64,000 nucleotides of DNA, taken from positions 27,277,648 to 27,341,647 of the forward strand of contig NC_092673.1 in NCBI RefSeq assembly GCF_964355755.1, read 5' to 3'. The notes beneath the pieces were generated by a model, which was not told where the DNA came from, searched no databases, and worked only from the letters and a program-made list of their open reading frames with translations. A program made the position numbers and the translations under genes. Below are positions 50,701-62,436 of this stretch, piece by piece. This DNA is from Antedon mediterranea. Lineage: Eukaryota > Animalia > Echinodermata. Position 1 is the stretch's first letter. Every line of letters starts with the position of its first letter.

Positions 50701-53700
50701 ATTACTAGAAAAGGCTGGAAAAACATAAATCACGTGAAAAAAATACGTTTTCAATGCTACGTGCGTACCGCACACGTAAAAATGTGCGCACGCGTGGGAA
50801 TTTTTGACATGCTTAAAACGACATGAAACGCGTAGAAAGTTGATTAGAAATTAATTTTGCGCATTTTGAAATTTTAAATGCGCATGCGCGCGTAACTTTG
50901 TGTAAAACACGCAATTTTTTTTCAACAGAAAGTTAGCGCATGATATAGATTAAACTTTTGCAAAGTTTCACTTTAAAATGTTATTTGGTTTTCGACATAT
51001 GTTAAATATGAGAAAATCGTTAAATCACGCGTACGTCACGTTGCGCAATTGTAAACATCATGAAAAGCTTCGCTTGACGACGTTACATAAATGTCAAAAT
51101 GTTAACATAGTTAACAAAATGTTATGTTTGCAAGTTTTAGAGAAAAGCGTTACACAAAAATCATACAGAAAGAAAGAAGATTAAGAAAAAGATGATGATG
51201 ATTTCGTACAATCACAAGAGGTTATCCTGCAACTTCGTTGCGGATAACCAATGATGTTGATGATGATGATTTCGTACAATCACAAGAGGTTATCCTGCAA
51301 CTTCGTTGCGGATAACCAACAAGTGGTGCAACATTAACATTAAGGGGATAGGTTGAGGACAAAAGGAAGTGTTCACGTTGGCATTATGACCTGAACTGAA
51401 GAATATGATCTGTTGTTATTGCTGAATTTTATTATTTAAATTCATATATAGTATACACAGTATAATCTGTATCCATATCACATACAGTGTAGAATAGGTG
51501 AAATTACGGGACCCGCTATTTATTGCAATTTTTAACATGTTGACGGTTTTAAAATGAAACGCGAAGTTAGCAATTCCGAAAGGAAATTATCTCAGCAACA
51601 ACGTATTAGCGTGTAGAAGAAATTTGAATACGTTAAATATTGATGCGCGCTCTTTTAAATGTAATGAATTATGACGCAAAAGATGAAAATACGACCTTTT
51701 TTATTTAACTGGCCATATGATGATGTCACAACATCCGATTGGCAACATTTTTACATAATTTCATATCTGCAATCCAATAGCTTCCAGAAAAAGTTTTAAT
51801 CGTGATTATCACATTTTATTCTTACGAGCTATAACAGATTAAAATTTACTGTAAAGATGAAATTGATGCCACACGTGATTTAAATTTTTAGGCATGATGA
51901 CGTCAAAAAAATTAAAATATTTTTAACTCATGCGAAAGATAGTTGATTGACCTAGACAATATCAAAATCGGGGTGAAAATGGAAAACGGATAAGTGGAGA
52001 TGCGCTCTATTCAATGTGATGAGCTATGACGAAAGATATAAAAATACTAAATTTTATATTCGCGTGGCCATACGATGACGTCACAATGTCCGGTTAGCCA
52101 TATTAATACCTGATCCGATATCTACAACTCATCTACTTCCAGAATATGTCATCCACAAAAATTTGACCGTCTAGTTTAGAAATTACGACTTTTTAAAAAA
52201 AGGAATATTTTAAACGAATTTTTTAACCTTTTTATAAAAAACGCGCGCAAATTGTCCAATTCGACGTGCTCGTATGACGTATCTTTAAGTCGAAATTGTT
52301 TAAAATTTGGTAAAATTACTAGAAAAGGCTGGAAAAACATAAATCACGCGAAAAAAATACGTTTTCAATGCTACGTGCGCATCGCACACGTAGAAATGTG
52401 CGCACGCGTGGGAATTTTTGACATGCTTAAAACGACATGAAACGCGTAGAAAGTTGATTATAAATTAATTTTGCGCATTTTGAAATTTTAAATGTGCGTG
52501 CGCGCGTAACTTTGTGTAAAACACGCAATTTTTTTTCAACAGAAATTTAGCGCATGATATAAATTAAACTTTTGAATAGTTTTACTTTAAAATGTTATTT
52601 GGTTTTCGACATATGTTAAATACGATAAAATCGTTAAATCGCGCGTACGTCACGTTGCGCAATTGTAAACATCATGAAAAGCTTCGCTTGACGACGTTAC
52701 ATAAATGTCAAAATGTTAACATAGTTAACAAAATGTTATGTTTGCGAGTTTTAGAGAAAAGCGTTACACAAAAATCATACAGAAAGAAAGAAGAAGAATA
52801 AAAAGTTGACTAGACATGTAACTCGTCACTTTGACGAGTTTGGTTATCCGCCGCGCAAGTGGTGAAACATTAACATTAAGGGGATAGGTTGAGGACAAAA
52901 GGAAGTGTTCACGTTGGCATTATGACCTGAACTGAAGAATATATGTTGTTAAAAGCTGAATTTTATTATTTAAATTCATATATAGTATACACAGTATAAT
53001 CTGTATCCATATCACATACAGTGTAGAATAGGTGAAATTACGGGACCCGCTATTTATTGCAATTTTTAACATGTTGACGGTTTTAAAATGAAACGCGAAG
53101 GTAGCAATTCCGAAAGGAAATTATCTCAGCAACAACGTATTAGCATGTAGAAGAAATTTGAATACGTGAAATATTGATGCGCGCTCTTTTAAATCTAATG
53201 AATTATGACGCAAAAGATGAAAATACGACCTTTTTTATTTAACTGGCCATATGATGACGTCACAACATCCGATTGGCAACATTTTTACATAATTTCGTAT
53301 CTACTATCCAATAGCTTCCAGAAAAAGTTTTAATCGTGATTATCACATTTTATTCTTACGAGCTATAACAGATTAAAATTTACTGTAAAGATTGATGAAA
53401 TTGATGCCACACGTGATTTAAATTTTTAGGCATGATGACGTCAAAAAAATTAAAATATTTTTTACTCCTGCGAAAGATAGTTGATTGACCCAGACAATAT
53501 CAAAATCGGAGTGAAAATGGAAAACGGATAAGTGGAGATGCGCTCTATTCAATGTGATGAGCTATGACGAAAGATACAAAAATCCTAAATTTTATATTCG
53601 CGTGGCCATACGATGACGTAACAATGTCCGGTTAGCCATATTAATACCTGATCCGATATCTACAACTCATCTACTTCCAGAATATGCCATCCATAAAAAG

Positions 53701-56700
53701 TTGACCGTCTAGTTTAGAAATTACGACTGTTTAAAAAAAGGCATATTTTAAACAAATTTTTTAACCTTTTCATAACAAACGCGCGCAAATTGTCCAATTC
53801 GACGTGCTCGTATGACGTATCTTTAAGTCGAAATTGTTTAAAATTTGGTAAAATTACTAGAAAAGGCTGGAAAAACATAAATCACGCGAAAAAAATACGT
53901 TTTCAATGCTACGTGCGCACCGCACACGTAAAAATGTGCGCACGCGTGGGAATTTTTGACATGCTTAAAACGACATGAAACGCGTAGAAAGTTGATTAGA
54001 AATTAATTTTGCGCATTTTGAAATTTTAAATACCCGTGCGCGCGTAACTTTGTGTAAAACACGGAATTTTTTTTCAACAGAAAGTTAGCTCATGATATAA
54101 ATTAAACTTTTGCAAAGTTTCAAGTTGAAATGTTATTTGGTTGTCGAGCTATGTTAAATACGACAAAATCGTTAAATCGCGCGTAAGTCACTTTGCGCAA
54201 TTGTAAACGTCATGAAAAGCTTCGCTTGACGACGTTACGTAAATGTCAATATGTTAAGATAGTTACCGAAATGTTATGTTTGCGAGTTTTAGAGAAAAGC
54301 GTTACACAAAAATCATACAGAATGATTTCGTACAATCACAAGAGGTTATCCTGCAACTTCGTTGCGGATAACCAATGATGATGATGATGATGATGATTTC
54401 GTACAATCACAAGAGGTTATCCTGCAACTTCGTTGCGGATAACCAAAAAAGATGATTTCGTACAATCACAAGAGGTTATCCTGCAACTTCGTTGCGGATA
54501 ACCAACTAGACATGTAACTCGTCACTTTGACGAGTTTGGTTATCCGCCGCGCAAGTGGTGCAACATTAACATTAAGGGGATAGGTTGAGGACAAAAGGAA
54601 GTGTTCACGTTGGCATTATGATCTGAACTGAAGAATATGATATGTTGTTATTGCTGAATTTTATTATTTAAATTCATATATAGTATACACAGTATATTCT
54701 GTATCCATATCACATACAGTGACATACAGTGTAGAATAGGTGAAATTACGGGACCTGCTATTTATTGCAATTTTTAACATGTTGACGGTTTTAAAATAAA
54801 ACGCGAAGGTAGCAATTCCGAAAGGAAATTATCTCAGCAACAACGTATTAGCGTGTAGAAGAAATTTGAATACGTGAAATATTGATGCGCGCTCTTTTAA
54901 ATGTAATGAATTATGACGCAAAAGATGAAAATACGACCTTTTTCATTTAACTGGCCATATGATGACGTCACAACATCCGATTGGCAACATTTTTACTTAA
55001 TTTCGTATCTACAATCCAATAGCTTCCAGAAAAAGTTTTAATCGTGATTATCACATTTTATTCTTACGAGCTATAACAGATTAAAATTTACTGTAAAGAT
55101 GAAATTGATGCCACACGTGATTTAAATTTTTAGGCATGATGACGTCAAAAAAATTAAAATATTTTTAACTCATGCGAAAGATAGTTGATTGACCTAGACA
55201 ATATCAAAATCAGGGTGAAAATGGAAAACGAATAGGTGGAGATGCGCTCTATTCAATGTGATGAGTTATGACGAAAGATACAAAAATCCTAAATTTTATA
55301 TTCGCGTGGCCATACGATGACGTCACAATGTCCGGTTAGCCATATTAATACCTGATCCGATATCTACAACTCATCTACTTCCAGAATATGTCATCCACAA
55401 AAAGTTGACCGTCTAGTTTAGAAATTACGACTGTTTAAAAAAAGGCATATTTTAAACGAATTTTTTGACCTTTTCATAAAAAACGCGCGCAAATTGTCCA
55501 ATTCGACGTGCTCGTATGACGTATCTTTAAGTCGAAATTGTTTAAAATTTGGTAAAATTGCTAGAAAAGGCTGGAAAAACATAAATCACGCGAAAAAAAT
55601 ACGTTTTCAATGCTACGTGCGCACCGCACACGTAAAAATGTGCGCACGCGTGGGAATTTTTGACATGCTTAAAACGACATAAAACGCGTAGAAAGTTGAT
55701 TATAAATTAATTTTGCGCATTTTGAAATTTTAAATACGCGTGCGCGCGTAACTTTGTGTAAAACACGCAATTTTTTTTCAACAGAAAGTTAGCGCATGAT
55801 ATAAATTAAACTTTTGCAAAGTTTCACTTTAAAATGTTATTTGGTTTTCGACATATGTTAGATACGAGAAAATCGTTAAATCGCGCGTACGTCACGTTGC
55901 GCAATTGTAAACATCATGAAAAGCTTCGCTTGACGACGTTACATAAATGTCAAAATGTTAACATAGTTACCGAAATGTTATGTTTGCGAGTTTTAGAGAA
56001 AAGCGTTACACAAAAATCATACAGAAAGAAAGAAGAAGAATACTAGACATGTAACTCGTCACTTTGACGAGTTTGGTTATCCGCCGCGCAAGTGGTGCAA
56101 CATTAACATTAAGGGGATAGGTTGAGGACAAAAGGAAGTGTTCACGTTGGCATTATGACCTGAACTGAAGAATATGATATGTTGTTATTGCGGAAATTTA
56201 TTGTTTAAATTCATATATACTGTAGTATACACAGTATAATCTGTATCCATATCACATACAGTGTAGAATAGGTGAAATTACGGGACCCGCTATTTATTGC
56301 AATTTTTAACATGTTGACGGTTTTAAAATGAAACGCGAAGGTAGCAATTCCGAAAGGAAATTATCTCAGCAACAACGTATTAGCGTGTAGAAGAAATTTG
56401 AATACGTGAAATATTGATGCGTGCTCTTTTAAATGTAATGAATTATGACGCAAAAGATGAAAATACGACCTTTTTCATTTAACTGGCCATATGATGACGT
56501 CACAACATCCAATTGGCAACATTTTTACATAATTTCGTATCTACAATCCAATAGCTTCCAGAAAAAGTTTTAATCGTGATTATCACATTTTATTCTTACG
56601 AGCTATAACAGATTAAAATTTACTGTAAAGATGAAATTACTGCCACACGTGATTTTAATTTTTAGGCATGATGACGTCAAAAAAATTAAAATATTTTTAA

Positions 56701-59175
56701 CTCATGCGAAAGATAGTTGATTGACCTAGACAATGTCAAAATCGGGGTGAAAATTGAAAACGGATAAGTGGATATGCGCTCTATTCAATGTGATGAGCTA
56801 TGACAAAAGATACAAAAATCCTAAATTTTATATTCGCGTGGCCATACGATGACGTCACAATGTCCGGTTAGCCATATTAATACCTGATCCGATATCTACA
56901 ACTCATCTACTTCCAGAATATCCCATCCACAAAAAGTTGACCGTCTAGTTTAGAAATTACGACTGTTTAAAAAAAGGCATTTTTTAAACGAATTTTTTAA
57001 CCTTTTCATAAAAACGCGCGCAAATTGTCCAATTCGACGTGCTCGTATGACGTATCTTTAAGTCGAAATTGTTTAAAATTTGGTAAAATTACTAGAAAAG
57101 GCTGGAAAAACATAAATCACGCGAAAAAAATACGTTTTCAATGCTACGTGCGCACCGCACACGTAAAAATGTGCGCACGTGTGGGAATTTTTGACATGCT
57201 TAAAACGACATGAAACGCGTAGAAAGTTGATTATAAATTAATTTTGCGCATTTTGAAATTTTAAATGCGCGTGCGCGCGTAACTTTGTGTAAAACACGCA
57301 ATTTTTTTTCAACAGAAAGTTAGCGCATAATATAAATTAAACTTTTGCAAAGTTTCACTTTAAAATGTTATTTGGTTTTCGACATATGTTAAATACGAGA
57401 AAATCGTTAAATCGCGCGTACGTCACGTTGCGCGATTGTAAACATCATGAAAAGCTTCGCTTGACGACGTTACATAAATGTCTAAATGTTAACATAGTTA
57501 ACAAAATGTTATGTTTGCAAGTTTTAGAGAAAAGCGTTACACAAAAATCATACAGAAAGAAAGAAGATTAAGACTAGACATGTAACTCGTCACTTTGACG
57601 AGTTTGGTTATCCGCCGCGCAAGTGGTGCAACATTAACATTAAGGGGATAGGTTGAGGACAAAAGGAAGTGTTCACGTTGGCATTATGACCTGAACTGAA
57701 GAATATGATATGTTGTTATTGCTGAATTTTATTATTTAAATTCATATATAGTATACACAGTATAATCTGTATCCATATCACATACAGTGACATACAGTGT
57801 AGAATAGGTGAAATTACGGGACCCGCTATTTATTGCAATTTTTAACATATTGACGGTTTTAAAATGAAACGCGAAGGTAGCAATTCCGAAAGGAAATTAT
57901 CTCAGCAACAACGTATTAGTGTGTAGAAGAAATTTGAATGCGGGAAATATTGATGCGCGCTCTTTTAAACGTAATGAATTATGACGCAAAAGATGAAAAT
58001 ACGACCTTTTTTATTTAACTGGCCATATGATGACGTCACAACATCCGATTGGCAAAATTTTTACATAATTTCGTATCTACAATCCAATACCTTCCAGAAA
58101 AAGTTTTAATCGTGATTATCACATTTTATTCTTACGAGCTATAACAGATTAAAATTTACTGTAAAGATGAAATTGATGCCACACGTGATTTAAATTTTTA
58201 GGCATGATGACGTAAAAAAAATTAAAATATTTTTAACTCATGCGAAAGATAGTTGATTGACCTAGACAATATCAAAATCGGGGTGAAAATGGAAAACGAA
58301 TAAGTGGAGATGCGCTCTATTCAATGTGATGAGCTATGACGAAAGATACAAAAATCCTAAATTTTATATTCGCGTGGCCATACGATGACGTCACAATGTC
58401 CGGTTAGCCATATTAATACCTGATCCGATATCTACAACTCATCTACTTCCAGAATATGTCATCCACAAAAAGTTGACCGTCTAGTTTAGAAATTACGACT
58501 GTTTAAAAAAAGGCATATTTTAAACGAATTTTTTAACCTTTTCATAAAAAACGCGCGCAAATTGTCCAATTCGACGTTCTCGTATGACGTATCTTTAAGT
58601 CGAAATTGTTCAAAATTTGGTAAAATTACTAGAAAATGCTGGAAAAACATAAATCACGCGATAAAAATACGTTTTCAATGCTACGTGCGCACCGCACACG
58701 TAAAAATGTGCGCACGCGTGGGAATTTTTGACATGCTTAAAACGACATGAAACGCGTAGAAAGTTGATTATAAATTAATTTTGCGCATTTTGAAATTTTA
58801 AATGCGCGTGCGCGCGTAACTTTGTGTAAAACACGCAATTTTTTTTCAACAGAAAGTTAGCGCATGATATAAATTAAACTTTTGCAAAGTTTCACTTTAA
58901 AATGTTATTTGGTTTTCGACATATGTTAAATACGAGGAAATCGTTAAATTGCGCGTACGTCACGTTGCGCAATTGTAAACATCATGAAAAGCTTCGCTTG
59001 ACGACGTTACATAAATGTCAAAATGTTAACATAGTTAACAAAATGTTATGTTTGCAAGTTTTAGAGAAAAGCGTTACACAAAAATCATACAGAAAGAAAG
59101 AAGATTAAGAAAAAGATGATGATGATTTCGTACAATCACAAGAGGTTATCCTGCAACTTCGTTGCGGATAACCAA
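41792..59175 (-). mobile_element. Block of 11 near-identical subfamily C copies (23-33; starts 41792, 43356, 44882, 46511, ~48127, 49650, ~51320, 52810, 54506, 56043, 57574)
   Basis: All share caagtggtg(c/a)aacattaacattaagg near the start; the 5' hairpin, where present, is ggttatcctgcaacttcgttgcggataacc; period ~1.5-1.7 kb. Confidence 0.88.
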
Positions 59176-59249
59176 ATAATACAGAAAAAAAAAAAGATGA
59201 TGAAACAGGACAGTTACAAGGAGTTATCCGCCATAGTGCGGATAACTAA
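59176..59249 (-). mobile_element. Displaced 5' end of copy 22
   Basis: taatacag(A)ngatgatgaaacaggacagttacaaggagttatccgccatagtgcggataact matches the intact end of copy 14, whose tail is the same type as copy 22. Confidence 0.75.
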
Positions 59250-60846
59250 CTAGACATGAAACTCGTCACTATGACGAGTTAGTTATCCGCTCGACAAACG
59301 CCATGTGCACGTCATACGTTAGAATATTGCACACAGAAAAATATTAAGGCACTATGACCTGAACTGAAGAATATGATATGTTGTTATTTCTGAATTCTGT
59401 TATTTTGTGTCATATACATAGTATACACAGTACAATCTGTATACATATCACAAACAGTGTAAAATAGGTGAAATTACGGGACCCGTATTTTATTGTAATT
59501 TTTAACATCTTGACGGTTTCAAAATGAAATGCAAAAGTAGAAATTTCAGAATGAAATTATCTCAGCAACAACATATTAACGTGTAGAAGAAATTTGAATA
59601 CGTGAAATATTGATGCGCGCTCTTTTAAATGTAATGAAATATAACGCAAAAGATGAAAATACGACTTTTTGTATTTAACTGGCCATATGATGACGTCACA
59701 ACATTCGATTGGAGCAATTTTCACATGATTTTGTATCTACAATACAATAGCTTCCTGAAAACGTTTTAATCGTGATTATCACATTTTATTCTTACGAGCT
59801 ATAACAGATTAAAATTTACTGTAAAGATGAAATTAATGACCAACGTAATTTAAATTTTTAGGCATGATGACGTTGAAAAAATTAAAAAAATTTTTAATTC
59901 ATGCAAAAGATAGTTGATTGACCTAGAATATATTAAAATCGGGGTGAAAATGGACAACGAATAAGTGGAGATGCGCTCTATTAAATGTGATGAACTATGA
60001 CGAAAGAGACAAAAATCCTATATTTTATATTTGCGTGGCCATACGATGACGTTACAATGTCCGGTTAGCCATATTAATGCATGATTCGATATCTACAACT
60101 CATCAACTTCCAGAATATGTAATTTAAAAAAAGTTCTCCATGTAGTTTAGAATCTATGACTGTTTAAAAATAGGCATAATTTTGACGAATTTTTGAACTT
60201 TTTCACCAGAAACGCGTGCAAATTATTTAATTCGACGTGCTCGTATGACGTAATTTTAAGTCGAAATTGTTTAAAAGTTGGTAACATTACTATAAAAGGC
60301 TGAAAAAACATAAATCACGCGAAAAAAATATGTTTTTAACGCTACGTGTGCACCACGTGCGTAAAAAGTTTCGCGCGCGTGGGAATTTTTGACATGCTCA
60401 AAATGACATGAAACGCATAGAAAGTTGATTAGAAGTTGATTTTTCGCACTCTAAAATTTTAAACGCGCGTGCGCGCGTAACTTCTTGTGAAAGATGCTAT
60501 TTTTAATCCATAGAAAGTTTGCGCTTGATGTAACTTAAATTTTCACAAAGTGTCAAAACAAAGTTATGTTTGGTTTTTAGTCTATGATCAATCATTGAAA
60601 TTCATAAAATCGCGCGTAAGTCACGTTGCGCAACTCTGACGTCATTAAAAAATAGGAGGTGCACAAGTTCACGTAAATGTCGATATGTTGACAAAGTTAC
60701 GATTTGTTCTGTTTACACGTTTCAGAGAAACGCGACGCACAAAAATGACAGAAGGAAAGAAGTATAATACAGAAAAAAAAAAAAAAAAAAAATATGATGA
60801 AACAGGACGATTACAAGGAGTTATCCGCTACTAAGCGGATAACTAA
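59250..60846 (-). mobile_element. HINE-like copy 34 (complete), followed by an orphan end (60847-60911) fitting copy 21
   Basis: Both termini; hairpin agttatccgctactaagcggataact. Confidence 0.82.
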
Positions 60847-60911
60847 TAATACAGAAAAATATTGATCCAATACAATCACAAGGAGTTATCCGCTACTAAG
60901 CGGATAACTAA

Positions 60912-62436
60912 CTAGACATGTAACTCGTCACTTTGACGAGTTAGTTATCCGCACGACAAAGGCCACGTGCACGTCATACGTTAGAATATTGCACACAGAA
61001 AAAGATTATGGCAATATGACCTGAACTGAAGAATATGATATGTTGTTATTGCTGAATTCTGTTATTTTTTGTCATTTAGTATATACAATATAATCTGTAT
61101 ACATATACATACAGTGTAGAATAGGTGAAATGACTGGACCCGCCATTTATTCCAATTTTTAACATGGCGACGGTATCAAAATGAAACACTAAGATAGCAA
61201 TTTCGGAAGGAAATTATCTCGGCAACAACATATTAATGTGTAGAAGAAATTTAAATACGTAAAATATTGATGCGCGCTCTTTTAAATGTAATAAATTATG
61301 ACGCAAAAGATGAAAATACGACTTTTTTTATTTAACTAGTCATATGATGACATCACAACATCCGATTGGCAAAATTTTCACATGATTTCCTATCTACAAT
61401 CCAATAGCTACTAGAAAACGTTTTAATTGTGATTATCACATTTTATTCTTACGAGCTATAACAGATTAAAATTTACTGTAAAGATGAAATTAATGCCACA
61501 CGTAATTTAAATTTTTAGGCATGATGACGTCATAAAAATTAAAATATTTTTAACTCATGCGAAAGATAGTTGATTGACCTAGACAATATAAAAATCGGGG
61601 TGAAAATGGAAAACGGCTAAGTTGAGATGCGCTCTATTAAATGTGATGACCTATAACGAAAGATACAAAAATCCTTTATTTTATATTTGCGTGGCAATAC
61701 GATGACGTCATAATGTCCGGTTAGCCATATTAATACATGATCCGATATATACAACTAATCAACTTCCAGAATATGTTATCCACAAAAAGTTGACCGTGCA
61801 GTTTAGAAATTACGACTGTTTAAAAAAAGGCATAATTTTGACAAATTTTTGAACTTTTTCATCAAAAAAGCGCACAAATTGTTCAATTCGACGTGCTCAT
61901 ATGACGTGATTTTAAGTCGAAATTGTTTAAAAGTTGATAAAATTACTAAAAAAAGCTAGAAAAACATAAATCACGAGAAAAAAATATGTTTTCAATGCTA
62001 CATGCGCACCGCGCACGTAAAAATTTGCGGGCGCGTGGGAATTTTTGACATGCTTAAAATTACATGAAACGCGTAGAAAGTTGATTAGAAATTAATTTTG
62101 CGCATTTTGAAATTTTAAATGCGCGTGCGCGCGTAACTTTGTGTGAAACATGCCATTTTTAATCCACAGAAAATTGACTCTTGATATAAATTAAATTTTC
62201 ACCAAGTCTCAATACAAATCGACTTTTGGTTTTTAATCTATGATCAATCATTTAAATTCATAAAATTGCGTGCAAGTCACGTTGCGCAACTCTGACGTTT
62301 TTCAAAAATAGGAGGTGCACAACTTCACGTAAATGTCTATATTTTGACAAAGTTACGATATGTTCTGTTTACACATTTTAGAGAAACAGGGCTCACAAAA
62401 AAAGGAAGAAAGACAGAAGAATAATACAGAAAAGGA
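60912..62436 (-). mobile_element. HINE-like copy 35 (near-identical twin of copy 13)
   Basis: Shared private variants: gacaaaggccac, aaatgactggacc, aactagtcatatg, acggctaagttgag. Confidence 0.83.
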
